Virus record (IMG/VR): IMGVR_UViG_3300020193_000017
Span: 881 to 64,880 of that record
Direction: 5' to 3' (one strand)
Length of the DNA: 64,000 nt
Source: a virus
Taxonomy: Duplodnaviria > Caudoviricetes
Below the pieces are notes generated by a model. The model searched no databases and was not told where the DNA came from. It saw only the letters and a program-made list of their open reading frames with translations. Within the stretch, counting starts at the first letter, position 1; each line of letters begins with the position of its first letter. A program made the position numbers and the translations under genes. Shown in pieces: positions 50,019 to 59,795 of this stretch.

Positions 50019-51197
50019 CTAAGATTCTTCCTTAGGTATGATACGATATTTCCCTACTCTTACCCCGAGTTTCTCAAACTTATTTAATACCTGTAAAAAA
50101 CTCGACGTATCCCTGAGTGGATTGTCCTGATTGGGGGGGTGACCGTACTGCAACAGTTCACTCAGTGCGGTTTTTTTCAACACAATACCTATTTCTATGC
50201 TGACCCCTAATTTATTTTCATTAAAATAACCCTCATGGGTATCTTCAAAATAAACTGTGGGATTTAGTTCATGAAGTATTACATAGTCTTTGTGAGAGTT
50301 TGTTATGTTGTAACCGAAAATTTTGCCGCCGACTCTCCAGTCGGCCACGATACCATATATTTTGACTGGGACCAAACTATAGGGTACATTAACCCGAGCC
50401 GCTGGAGATGAAATGAATCCAGAACGCGACGCCAGCCGACTTTCCACCACAATGGTCCCCTTTTTTAATGCCTCAAAAACAATCTTTGCGCGTTTCTTTT
50501 TTCTTTCAGGTAATACATCCACTTTTTCATTATTCTGAATTATGGGGAATAATCTTGTATTTAGAGCCTCTAAATGTTCGTTCTCAATAAAGTTGAAGAT
50601 TTGTGATAGCTTATCCGACAAAGATATCTTCGCAATGGACACCTCCTCATATGAGAATAAATTTTTCATATGGGTATCCATGTACATTTGAACATCAAAT
50701 CTGGCTTCGCCATAGTTGTAATACAATTCCATTAGACGAACATAAAATTGTGTGAACACCCCCTCTCTCCCTCCACCTTCATCTCTCCTCCCCCCCTTCT
50801 CTCCCAATAAAATCATCTCATTGGTGGGTTGATATAAGTGGGAGGGAGTTTTTAAAAGATATTCACGATACTTATCACACCTTTCTTTAAACTCCGAATC
50901 TCCTAATACAACATTTATTGCGGTGTCCGCGAAGGTTTTATAACAATCATATAGCCAACCTAAATTTGGTTTTTTTAGGGTCACCCTTAATATGATGGAA
51001 AATCCATTACCAAGGGTTTGATGAATTGGGTCAATTTTGTTTTGGAGGACAACTTCGTATGAGAAGTTTTCATTTCCAAAAACTTTTTTGTCAAAATTGG
51101 CGGAGAGAATATCAAATACCTTACCCCCGAAGATATCCCAAAGTGAGACATCGGAAAATTCTTCCTCCTTTATTATGTCATACATCCTTAATGTCAT
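50019..51197 (-). CDS. Hypothetical protein
   Basis: 392-aa ORF; TATTTAT upstream; YDIIKEE leader-like N-terminus. Confidence 0.55.
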   Translation of the reverse strand: MTLRMYDIIKEEEFSDVSLWDIFGGKVFDILSANFDKKVFGNENFSYEVVLQNKIDPIHQTLGNGFSIILRVTLKKPNLGWLYDCYKTFADTAINVVLGDSEFKERCDKYREYLLKTPSHLYQPTNEMILLGEKGGRRDEGGGREGVFTQFYVRLMELYYNYGEARFDVQMYMDTHMKNLFSYEEVSIAKISLSDKLSQIFNFIENEHLEALNTRLFPIIQNNEKVDVLPERKKKRAKIVFEALKKGTIVVESRLASRSGFISSPAARVNVPYSLVPVKIYGIVADWRVGGKIFGYNITNSHKDYVILHELNPTVYFEDTHEGYFNENKLGVSIEIGIVLKKTALSELLQYGHPPNQDNPLRDTSSFLQVLNKFEKLGVRVGKYRIIPKEES

Positions 51198-51334
51198 ACA
51201 TGTGTGGTTTCGTATTACATATAAATATTTTATGTGCCAAACTAAATTTATAAATCTCTTCTAGATAATTTTACTTATTTTGAACTATTCCGCCAAACTA
51301 AATCGGATTCAGGTCCCCATTGTGGGGGTAAATG

Positions 51335-51511
51335 AAAAGACCCACAGATGTTAGTCCGCGGGTCTTGGAAATACCCCACTCCGACAAGGTTTAGTGAGGC
51401 AAATACCCCACTTCCTCCCGTAGGGTGCACAGGTGGCGGAGCAACTGCAGGTACCCGTACAGCGCTGCACTTCCTCCCGTAGGGTGAGGTAATGAAGTCT
51501 AACTCAACTGA
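51335..51511 (-). ncRNA. Candidate structured RNA with internal repeats, ending in terminator
   Basis: CACCCTACGGGAGGAAGTG twice and AGTGGGGTATTT twice (minus strand), then hairpin AAGACCCGCGG...CTGTGGGTCTTTT. Confidence 0.4.
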
Positions 51512-51709
51512 TTACGCAGTGAGTAAACTCTTACGAAACGCATAAGCCTTCTTCTTGGATGAGAAGTTTTGGCTGTGGCGGATTCCGTCAACACTTACTC
51601 GTACACGGTAACTGCAACCGTCGAAGTAGATGTTGTTCGACACAGGTACATAGGTCGTAACCGGTGTACGTTTTGTCGACTTGTTTGTTGTGATTTTTTT
51701 GCTTGCCAT
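51512..51709 (-). CDS. Small basic AP2-like DNA-binding protein
   Basis: NIYFDGCSYRVRVSVDGIRHSQNFSSKKKAYAFR has a three-strand-plus-helix pattern. Confidence 0.55.
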   Translation of the reverse strand: MASKKITTNKSTKRTPVTTYVPVSNNIYFDGCSYRVRVSVDGIRHSQNFSSKKKAYAFRKSLLTA

Positions 51710-51866
51710 ATCGAATATAGGTTTAATATATAAAATATAACAATAAAATCCCACATTTCCAAATCACGCGGAAAATATTTAAAAGAACTTGGCCAAACTA
51801 AATTGGCATCTCCTCCTCGTCTCTTGGTCCCTGAGGTACCCCTTGCCAAACTAAATCACCAGTAAC

Positions 51867-52583
51867 TCATCTCCGATTTTCCATCTCATCATAGAAAGTT
51901 TGCACGTCCGTAGCCTCGTGGAAGCTATTGAAGAGTTGTTCGAATAGGTTCTGCTCAAGCTCTGTCTCAAATGATGACACCATTCTAAGGTACACCTCCG
52001 ACTTTGCAGTTTCATATGGAATTGGAATCAAGCTCTTCAGACGCATCTGATTCAGATAGTCCTGAAATACGTGTAAATATTTCTCGGGGTCTACCTTGGT
52101 GTTATCATGTTTCATAACACATATCTTATTCTTGTTGACTGTTTTCTTTTTCATCTTATTTAGGTTTCTCCCTTTCTTCCAATCGTAGTAAATATCTGGC
52201 AAACATCTTTGCTGCTATGGCCAACCTCTGTGGTTTGAAATGATACTTCTTATCAAGTCTAGCCATTGCTATTCTCATAAACTGTTCTTGAATATGTGGT
52301 TCTACTAGTATCACTATTTTTTTTTACATATTTTTAATTTTACTTCCATTCCCTGTTTGTCCACATACATTAGTACTTCTTTGGGTTTATCTGTGATATC
52401 ATACCCCCGCAGGGTTAATGCAAGCGCCCCATTTACAATCTCCACCTCACCGAGTGACACCTCATCAAGGTTGAAGTCATCATATAGGTGTCCCAATAGG
52501 ATTTTCGAATCGATAGATGGGTGCTTCTCAAGAGTCTCAAGAATCCACTTATACAACGTTCTTTTGTCTATGGTGGCGGTCAT
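51867..52583 (-). other. Three small hypothetical proteins (51867-52154, 52156-52314, 52314-52583)
   Basis: Coupled ORFs; the middle one was found by manual translation. Confidence 0.5.
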
Positions 52584-53038
52584 ATGTTATAGTTATAGAT
52601 GTCGTAATCCCGGATGTTCAGTTCCTTTCTCCACTCATGTGCAGCATTACTTAGGAAGTTCTTCACCTCATAACCATTGCTTATAGCATATAAAACCAAT
52701 ACAGGTTTGTACTGCTCTGAAGTTATAACACGTACAATTGATAGACCGAATAGACGCATCCATAATGGTTCATCCACCATGATGGATTTAATCCTGAAGT
52801 ACCGCACCTCTTGCTGTGAGACGTTGAAGACACCACGCTTTTCTTCTATGCTTTTGATTTGTGCTTTATAAGTCCACATGTCAACCTCAAAGTACTTATA
52901 AATTGCAATAACCAATGCTACACCACCTAGCTGTAGGTTTATGGCACCCGCTATTACAGGTAGTATGAACCATCCAATATTAATCCATTGCGATGGTTTT
53001 ATGGTAAACACCTCTTCATTTTCCTCGGCATCTGTCAT
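52580..53038 (-). CDS. Bacterial PH-domain (bPH_2-like) membrane protein
   Basis: TM hairpin, then RGVFNVSQQEVRYFRIKSI...PLWMRLFGLSIVRVITSE. Confidence 0.7.
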   Translation of the reverse strand: MTDAEENEEVFTIKPSQWINIGWFILPVIAGAINLQLGGVALVIAIYKYFEVDMWTYKAQIKSIEEKRGVFNVSQQEVRYFRIKSIMVDEPLWMRLFGLSIVRVITSEQYKPVLVLYAISNGYEVKNFLSNAAHEWRKELNIRDYDIYNYNI

Positions 53039-53050
53039 AATAAACCAAAT

Positions 53051-53350
53051 TTAAATTCGGGGATGCCTGTTTGTAACGACTTGTCGCAAGCTCCGCTTTT
53101 TAGTTGTTTTAACAAGACCCTCGAATTCAGTTAATTCAATAAGATATACTTTGGTTCTATCACCAAAGACCCCTTCCATCCATTGTTGGTAGATGAGCCC
53201 ACCGATATCTTTGTTGAGTATCCACATATGGGTACTATCTTTTGTCATGATGGCAACATTAGATTTTTGAATCAAAGAAGTATGGGACTGGCATGACACG
53301 GCCAATCCCAATACCACTACACCTATTAAAAAGAAAACAGATTTCATCAT
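53051..53350 (-). CDS. Putative lipoprotein
   Basis: Hydrophobic signal ending LAVSC. Confidence 0.5.
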   Translation of the reverse strand: MMKSVFFLIGVVVLGLAVSCQSHTSLIQKSNVAIMTKDSTHMWILNKDIGGLIYQQWMEGVFGDRTKVYLIELTEFEGLVKTTKKRSLRQVVTNRHPRI

Positions 53351-53351
53351 A

Positions 53352-53960
53352 CTATATATTTGTTTTTAAATTTTTATATTCAGGGTTCTTGTAGAAATCG
53401 AAATCAATTACTTCTTCTTCCTCTACTTGGAAATCAACACACAACCCAACGATTTTCTTACCTTTCTTGGCAACATAAAGTCCGTAACAACCATCACCAA
53501 TACCTGAAGATGTAACAACACCCTCGTCATACACACCCCAATTTTCTTTACCAAGGGTTCTTGAACACATTGAGTGGTACCATCTCTCACCTGTTTCTTT
53601 ATGGGAACCCATCTCACTCCAAGGTGACTGTCCAAAGAAAGATATGTCCCCATCCCCATAACCGATTCGTTCCACAATAGAATCATTTCTATAGGAGTCA
53701 CTTGAGAAGATACCACATTGACCTGAATCAACACCGATTTCTGTGGAGTACCCTTCCCATTGTAATACATCGTTAAGATGATTCTCGTGTACTATAAGTA
53801 GCATAGAACACCGCACACCCCAATCATCGAGGTCTACCTTTTTTACGAAACTGTCATACAAACCAGGTTTGACTCCATCCACAACGGACTGGCACCAAGT
53901 TGGGATTGTGTAACAGGGGTCGGATACTACGACCTGCTGTCCAAGTTTGATTTTACTCAT
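53352..53960 (-). CDS. DUF4241-like protein
   Basis: VVSDPCY, GVDSGQCG, SSGIGDGCY. Confidence 0.65.
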   Translation of the reverse strand: MSKIKLGQQVVVSDPCYTIPTWCQSVVDGVKPGLYDSFVKKVDLDDWGVRCSMLLIVHENHLNDVLQWEGYSTEIGVDSGQCGIFSSDSYRNDSIVERIGYGDGDISFFGQSPWSEMGSHKETGERWYHSMCSRTLGKENWGVYDEGVVTSSGIGDGCYGLYVAKKGKKIVGLCVDFQVEEEEVIDFDFYKNPEYKNLKTNI

Positions 53961-53982
53961 TGTTTTTGTTTTATTGTTACAT

Positions 53983-54015
53983 CAAATGTAATACTTTTTA
54001 CTAGAATATTCCAAA
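53983..54015 (-). promoter_or_regulatory. Bacteroidota-type promoter
   Basis: Minus strand TTTG-N21-TACATTTG. Confidence 0.7.
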
Positions 54016-54151
54016 TTTTATTAGAATATTTTTTTTGCCAGACTAAATAATCTCCACCTTCTGGTTTCGATTCTTGAAGTAGAAGTAGTATGGACACCAA
54101 ACCCATACATAGGACCACAGGGATTTGACAGAACAATGCTGCTTGGGAGCT

Positions 54152-54646
54152 CTAGAAATTTCCTGCTAACCATGGTTTGACCCTAAGTAGGTTATACTCA
54201 ATCTCGGAATCCATTGCTTGACCAAGCTTTTCTTTGGCTTTAACAACAAAATCTTTATTGTTCATTAGGATGTCCACCCCCTTTTCCATTGCTTCAGGGT
54301 AGAATTCAATCTTGTCCACGATTACACGGACATCTTTTGCTTTCTTATCGCTTCGGTAGAAAGGACTTCTTGCGTAGATGTATTCCCGTACCAGGGAAAG
54401 CTTGATATCATCAAGGTCCTCACGTATGCGCATTTGCATGATAATCTCCTCAAGTGATGCAAGTTGCTCGAATATCGACTTATGCTTGTTAATTAACTTA
54501 GAGTAGTCGTCAGTTAATTCGTTTGCATCTTTGGAATACTTGTTTTTGTTACCACTGTTGATGAATTGTTGATAAGAGCTAATTTCCTTGGAGGTACCAA
54601 CAATATTGGTAAAAACTCCTTCAATTGTTTTGTTTACACGTCCCAT
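54152..54646 (-). CDS. Hypothetical protein
   Basis: 164-aa ORF. Confidence 0.55.
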   Translation of the reverse strand: MGRVNKTIEGVFTNIVGTSKEISSYQQFINSGNKNKYSKDANELTDDYSKLINKHKSIFEQLASLEEIIMQMRIREDLDDIKLSLVREYIYARSPFYRSDKKAKDVRVIVDKIEFYPEAMEKGVDILMNNKDFVVKAKEKLGQAMDSEIEYNLLRVKPWLAGNF

Positions 54647-54682
54647 TTCAAAATTTTAAATTGGCTAATCTAAATCGGGGGA

Positions 54683-54934
54683 TTAGCCATTCCCCGTTAA
54701 AATCTTCTTGAAAAATCTGCCAAACAAATTCGAACCAGTCGACTGTTCCTGAGGTAATCTTGATTCATGATATTCATTGGCAAAATCTATTGCTTCATCT
54801 ATCTTGATTCTCTCTATAATAGATGATGCATAATAAAGGCTTGAAACCTTTAGTTCTTTTTTCCATTCATCATGTGGCAATGGTTCCTGAGGGACTGCCA
54901 CAGATTGGTAGTAGGGCTTATTCATTTTCTTCAA
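54683..54934 (-). CDS. Hypothetical protein
   Basis: ORF track. Confidence 0.45.
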   Translation of the reverse strand: MKKMNKPYYQSVAVPQEPLPHDEWKKELKVSSLYYASSIIERIKIDEAIDFANEYHESRLPQEQSTGSNLFGRFFKKILTGNG

Positions 54935-54936
54935 CG

Positions 54937-55575
54937 TTAGGTTTCTTTTGTGTTTTCTTGTAAGTATTCTTCATAAATTCTCCTCACTTCCTTTTTTTCC
55001 TCATCATTAAGGAATGGATACCTGTCGGCGATATTCTCGGGTTTGACCTCGTTTTCCATATCGTACTCGAAATTGTTTTCTATCTCACTCCAAAATTGTT
55101 CCTCATCCAAGTAGTATAATCCTTCTGTGTAATTATAATCCTCTTGTAATGTAATACCCTGCGGATTGAATTCCATCTTACCAGCGAAGTCGCAACCAGG
55201 TTCAAAATATGTAATGGTGGCACTCGTATTGTACATCTTACACAAGTTCTCAAGGAAGCTCACAGGTGGTGACCACGCTGTATCACAATTAAATGATATG
55301 GTGTCATCTGTAATATCAAACATCCCTTCATAGACATCTATGTCCCACTTACATCCATACCAATCGGTATTGGCAGTGTACCAACCACCATCTTCATATT
55401 TTTCTTTAGTGACTTGGGGATTTCGTCCAATTAAAGTTTGGAACAAACCAGGCACTTCTTTAGTGGCTTCGGAGGGAGCTGATTTTTTAATTAGAGTATC
55501 TATGACCCTACTTAAAGTTGCAATTCTCTTTTTGTCACCTGTTATGATAATCGTATTTGAGCACCAGTTTGACAT
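54937..55575 (-). CDS. DUF1281/Api92-like protein
   Basis: MSNWCSN, WYGCKWD, DTAWSPP, YFEPGCDFAG. Confidence 0.8.
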   Translation of the reverse strand: MSNWCSNTIIITGDKKRIATLSRVIDTLIKKSAPSEATKEVPGLFQTLIGRNPQVTKEKYEDGGWYTANTDWYGCKWDIDVYEGMFDITDDTISFNCDTAWSPPVSFLENLCKMYNTSATITYFEPGCDFAGKMEFNPQGITLQEDYNYTEGLYYLDEEQFWSEIENNFEYDMENEVKPENIADRYPFLNDEEKKEVRRIYEEYLQENTKET

Positions 55576-55663
55576 TTCTTCTAAATTTTATGTGATACAA
55601 AGGTATAAAAAAAATACCAGTATTCCTAATGATATTCCAATTATTTATTTTTACCACGCAGCA

Positions 55664-55695
55664 CAAATATACAACACATATTTACATAGCCCAAA
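55664..55695 (-). promoter_or_regulatory. Bacteroidota-type promoter
   Basis: TTTG-N20-TATATTTG; a second -7 box (TACCTTTG) at 55598-55605. Confidence 0.7.
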
Positions 55696-55754
55696 TTTTT
55701 TTGAAACTTTTTGGCCAAACTAAATCAAGTGGCGCAACAACATCTTCTTGGATT

Positions 55755-56114
55755 TTAGATATGGGAATGTAAGCCTCTTCCTCCAGCTGGGTCTATGAAC
55801 TCATCATCGTCATCTATGGTGTAGTGTCCATTATCAAGTTCATCTAAAATGTGGGCAATCTCGTAGATATCCAGTTCGGACAAGTTAATTTCAACATCGT
55901 CCCCGAAACTTGTTCCGATAACAACACCATCAGGTAGTATTTCACGAACGGCATATTGAACCCTTATATCATCATCAAGATATGTATCGTTTTCCATCAC
56001 ATACACGGCAAATGTATTACGGAATGTAATCGTCTTTTTTAAGGTTGAACACTTCTCTCTGACTTTGTCAATCATTTCAGATTGAATGTCTTGTAACTTT
56101 TCTTTGTGTGTCAT
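55755..56114 (-). CDS. Hypothetical protein
   Basis: ORF track; C-terminal DPAGGRGLHSHI. Confidence 0.55.
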   Translation of the reverse strand: MTHKEKLQDIQSEMIDKVREKCSTLKKTITFRNTFAVYVMENDTYLDDDIRVQYAVREILPDGVVIGTSFGDDVEINLSELDIYEIAHILDELDNGHYTIDDDDEFIDPAGGRGLHSHI

Positions 56115-56119
56115 ATAAT

Positions 56120-56515
56120 TTAGAATTTGGTAACAAATAGTTTGTAATCAACCGTCCCTATCTCAATAAAGTTTAGTCCATCGGCATCCCTATCATTATC
56201 ATTGTAAACCCAATGAGGTTTTACTCTTGGATTATATTTTAATGTGGAACACATCTTATATGTGTCATATGGTTCAAAGTCCGTAGTTTTTATTTGGATA
56301 CCATCACAGAGTATCCAAGCACATACAGTTTTATGTTGGCCGTTTAATATCTTCTCGGCGGTCTTTCTATTATTCTTTAGGGTACAACCCATCATAACGA
56401 GTTGTGTATCTGTCGGTTTGTGATACGCAACAACTCCATTAGGATACTGAACCTTCCATTTAAGGTAGTTAGGTCCTCGACCGAGATTGAAACGGACTTT
56501 TATTCTTTTTGACAT
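56120..56515 (-). CDS. Hypothetical phage protein
   Basis: KVRFNL...KTVCAW...YNP motif; start refined to ATG. Confidence 0.6.
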   Translation of the reverse strand: MSKRIKVRFNLGRGPNYLKWKVQYPNGVVAYHKPTDTQLVMMGCTLKNNRKTAEKILNGQHKTVCAWILCDGIQIKTTDFEPYDTYKMCSTLKYNPRVKPHWVYNDNDRDADGLNFIEIGTVDYKLFVTKF

Positions 56516-56569
56516 AGTATAAGTTTTGGCCAAACAAAATCCTCTGGCTTGCGCCAGAGGAGAACCAGA

Positions 56570-57160
56570 TTAATCTTCAAATAGGGTAAACTCTATTTCT
56601 TGGTAGTCCATAGTTCCAGTAACCATTCTTGGATTTTCCTTTTCTACGGAGATAACATCACGAGCCCACGAACCAACAATCTCATTCTTATCATCACCTC
56701 TAAAATCTCCACCACCTAGACCGTTACCCTCACAAGTTAAAAGAGGTAAGGGGTGTATAGCCCAACCATTAACATTCGGCACCTTCGACTTATCCACAAA
56801 TAGTTTTTTCGTGTGATTTACAATGAAGTTGTAATCTTTTGTTCTACTAACCTTTGGTTGTATTTTTTTATCTGAATGATAAAAATGGTTATTGTACTCA
56901 TTATCACACAAAGAATATAGATTAATTTCAGTTTCGGGTTCGTTGGGGGCGTAATCACCAGCCCATACCACACGAGATTTATAGAACTGACCTCGGCGAG
57001 AGAGTTGTTTCTCGAAGGTTTGAACAAAATCGTTTCTTAACCAAGAGTGTTCCATTAGTTTAAGTCCACTATTGTAATCGTGTGAAATCATAAAGGCGTT
57101 AATCTGGTGTTGTCCGTTAATCGGTTCACCTAAAAAGATTGGTTTATAGTATTGTCCCAT
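56570..57160 (-). CDS. Conserved phage hypothetical protein
   Basis: MGQYY, GLKLMEH, IHPLPLLT..GNG.GGGD, GSWARD. Confidence 0.65.
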   Translation of the reverse strand: MGQYYKPIFLGEPINGQHQINAFMISHDYNSGLKLMEHSWLRNDFVQTFEKQLSRRGQFYKSRVVWAGDYAPNEPETEINLYSLCDNEYNNHFYHSDKKIQPKVSRTKDYNFIVNHTKKLFVDKSKVPNVNGWAIHPLPLLTCEGNGLGGGDFRGDDKNEIVGSWARDVISVEKENPRMVTGTMDYQEIEFTLFED

Positions 57161-57172
57161 TGTTTTTTAGCA

Positions 57173-57204
57173 CAAATATAATACATATAATTGTTGAAAA
57201 CAAA
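57173..57204 (-). promoter_or_regulatory. Bacteroidota-type promoter
   Basis: TTTG-N20-TATATTTG. Confidence 0.7.
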
Positions 57205-57372
57205 TAAATGTTTATTTATTTATTCTAATATAGACAAAAAAATAGCCAAACTAATTCCTTTATTGTCCCCAGCCTTTTACAAATACCCTTGTTGTATGAC
57301 GCGAAAAAATATTTTTCAAAAAGTGCAAATTTTAGAGACTTGATACGTTTCCTTAATTAGGAGGGTTACATT

Positions 57373-57522
57373 ATGACAACTTTTAGAATTACACTCAGGC
57401 TTACACTAAAGGAAATTAAAGAGGCGTATAGAGAACATTTTAATATTCCAAAGTCAGAGAAAGTTACAAAATATAATATTGCCATTTGGTTGGGTACTCT
57501 TGTCGAAGCTGACATTATGTAG
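57373..57522 (+). CDS. Small protein with strong SD, opposite to local orientation (49 aa; not in ORF track)
   Basis: AGGAGGG 8 nt upstream of the ATG; MTTFRITLRLTLKEIKEAY...; hairpin at 57549-57576 downstream. Confidence 0.55.
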   Translation: MTTFRITLRLTLKEIKEAYREHFNIPKSEKVTKYNIAIWLGTLVEADIM

Positions 57523-57615
57523 CGTACAACGCAGATTCTGCGGCAAAGAAAAACCCCTATCATTTTTGATAGGGGCTTACCGAACAACTAATTATAAACC
57601 TATATTCTATTATTA

Positions 57616-57987
57616 CTATAATACTCCTTCAATGGAATGACCCTTCTTGGTAAGGTTCTTTCCTTTACGCTCATAGTTGTTGTAACCTACAAGGAACATA
57701 TCCTTTTTGGTGCCAATCAACATTGAACCCTCGAGTTTCATCCCACCATAGTTCACTTTAAGTTTCTTCATAAAATCGTTGAACGACCTTTCAAGCTGTA
57801 CTCCTATTTTATCGGATGGTGGAACGGGTGCGTTTTCAATGTGGTAACGAGTACCCACACGAGAAAATTTAATGCTCACCATTTCTTTCTTTTTGAAGTA
57901 GGGAACACTTTCATTTAGACACTCACGAATTTGCTCAAGAGATTTCTTTAACGAAGTCGCGGTGCTCTTTCTTGGTTTACGAATCAT
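57616..57987 (-). CDS. Hypothetical basic protein
   Basis: ORF with TACCTTTG -7 box upstream. Confidence 0.55.
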   Translation of the reverse strand: MIRKPRKSTATSLKKSLEQIRECLNESVPYFKKKEMVSIKFSRVGTRYHIENAPVPPSDKIGVQLERSFNDFMKKLKVNYGGMKLEGSMLIGTKKDMFLVGYNNYERKGKNLTKKGHSIEGVL

Positions 57988-58245
57988 ATAATAGTTAATT
58001 TGTTAACAAGAGCAAAGGTAATAGAAATATTTCTAAAAACAATAAAATATTTTGTTTTTGTATAAGTTTGTTTAAAAAGAGTTAAACAACTGATAGTATG
58101 GGTGTTACAGATTGGCCAAACAAAATCTAAAGTTTGGTTAATTTCTAACCAAACTCGGACTCAGGACAAAAAATCTTGTAAATTTTGAGCATAAAAAAGG
58201 GGATAACCTTTCGGTCACCCCCATCATTAACCCAAATCACAAAAG

Positions 58246-59025
58246 TTAGAAACGAAGGTTAAGTTTTTCTTCGTTACGCCTTTTATAGTTATAGATGTCC
58301 TCAATCATTGTGGCGTATGACCTCTTATCACCACACAAATGGATTGAGCTCGGTCTAACTGTAACCTTGTGTAAAAACTCATCAAATTTGAACTCCTTTT
58401 TCTTTTCCATAATCGAAAGGATTGTACGAACAAAGTTTGATTTGTTGTAACCCTTTTCGAAATAAGGTTTAAGTTGGAGTATGTTATTGGCCCATGTTTC
58501 GGCTTTTTTAATATTGGCTACATCGAACTTACCATTTTTGAAACTTTCGGTACTTGGGTGTTTACCACCAGAGTTTTGTAGTAACATCATCCGTTCAGTT
58601 AAACTGAACATAGGATATTTGTCACCAAACTCTTTGAGAATTGTAAAGTTCTCGTTACCCATTTCGGAATATCCGTGGATATAATCACCCTTACGAACCA
58701 TTTTCTTGTAATTGTTGTACTTCAAAAAGGCTTCAAAGATACTTTTCTTGTTGATTTTAACGTCTTCGTCAACAACGTAGTACAATCCAACACCAGCTTT
58801 AAGGGCGGCTAACCAACGGTGTTGTCCGTCAATTATCCAATACTTTCCGTCTTTGTCCTTAATGGTAATAACAATGGGTTCGGTAAAACGAAAACCATTT
58901 TTCTTCATATCCTCGGACATTTTACGGATATGATTTCTAGAGTTCACATCAATCGTTTCACGGTTGACGGAGTGAAGTTTGAACCAATTAAGGTTCGTAG
59001 TAAAAAGAATTTTCTTTTCTTTCAT
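58246..59025 (-). CDS. ParB N-terminal-like domain protein
   Basis: VNRE, PIVI, IIDGQHRWLAA. Confidence 0.75.
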   Translation of the reverse strand: MKEKKILFTTNLNWFKLHSVNRETIDVNSRNHIRKMSEDMKKNGFRFTEPIVITIKDKDGKYWIIDGQHRWLAALKAGVGLYYVVDEDVKINKKSIFEAFLKYNNYKKMVRKGDYIHGYSEMGNENFTILKEFGDKYPMFSLTERMMLLQNSGGKHPSTESFKNGKFDVANIKKAETWANNILQLKPYFEKGYNKSNFVRTILSIMEKKKEFKFDEFLHKVTVRPSSIHLCGDKRSYATMIEDIYNYKRRNEEKLNLRF

Positions 59026-59063
59026 TGTTTTTGACTTTAAGATTTATAAATTAGTTATCGGTA

Positions 59064-59198
59064 CAAAGATATAACCATTTTAACTAAAATCCAAATTTTT
59101 CTTCATATTTTTTTTAAAAATCTTTAAAATTGTTGTTTTTCAATGGGTTTATCCTTGATTTCAACACAAATGTAATACATAAGATACAAATATCCAAA
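59064..59198 (-). promoter_or_regulatory. Tandem Bacteroidota-type promoters
   Basis: TTTG-N20-TATCTTTG (59064-59095) and TTTG-N20-TACATTTG (59167-59198). Confidence 0.7.
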
Positions 59199-59366
59199 TT
59201 ATTTCTAGTATTTTTTTTAAGAATGTGGTAAAATCATTTCTCGAAATTATTTCACCTGTCGTCCCATCTGAAAATTAGTTTGGCATAACGATTATACTTT
59301 TATACTTGGCTAAACAAAATCTTCGGATTTCTGAGCTGGGATTTCTCCAATCAGGAATTTTAGAAT

Positions 59367-59396
59367 AAAAAAAGGGTGAAGAAAACCTTCACCCCT
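59367..59396 (-). terminator. Intrinsic terminator
   Basis: A-run then AGGGTGAAG...CTTCACCCT. Confidence 0.75.
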
Positions 59397-59453
59397 AACC
59401 AAACACAAACTACAACTATGAAGTGTGTAATCTATATATAAATGATATGAAAA

Positions 59454-59795
59454 CTATTTCAACTTATCAAGTGTCTTTTCAATTAAATCAATTTGGGAGT
59501 TAAACCCCGTTTCAATTCCTTCTTGTGTAGTACAATCCCAACTTCCATCCAAGGCCATCTCGGCATCGGTTTTCAATGTCTTTAATAAATGTATTACTTC
59601 TTCCTTTATGTCCAATGTTCCTTTGACCATTGTTTGTGAGTACTCATTATTATAGTGGGAGTCACTACCTCGGTTCAGTATCTTACTTGTTATTACTTGG
59701 TGGGAACCTAATGGTTGCCAACCTAAATTAACGTGTTGGTTCACCTTCGAGACGAACTCATTCTTGTCGGTTGATGTGATGATATTATACTCCAT
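59454..59795 (-). CDS. DUF1737-like protein
   Basis: MEYNII...FVSKVNQHVNLGWQPLGS...YSQTMVK. Confidence 0.55.
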   Translation of the reverse strand: MEYNIITSTDKNEFVSKVNQHVNLGWQPLGSHQVITSKILNRGSDSHYNNEYSQTMVKGTLDIKEEVIHLLKTLKTDAEMALDGSWDCTTQEGIETGFNSQIDLIEKTLDKLK

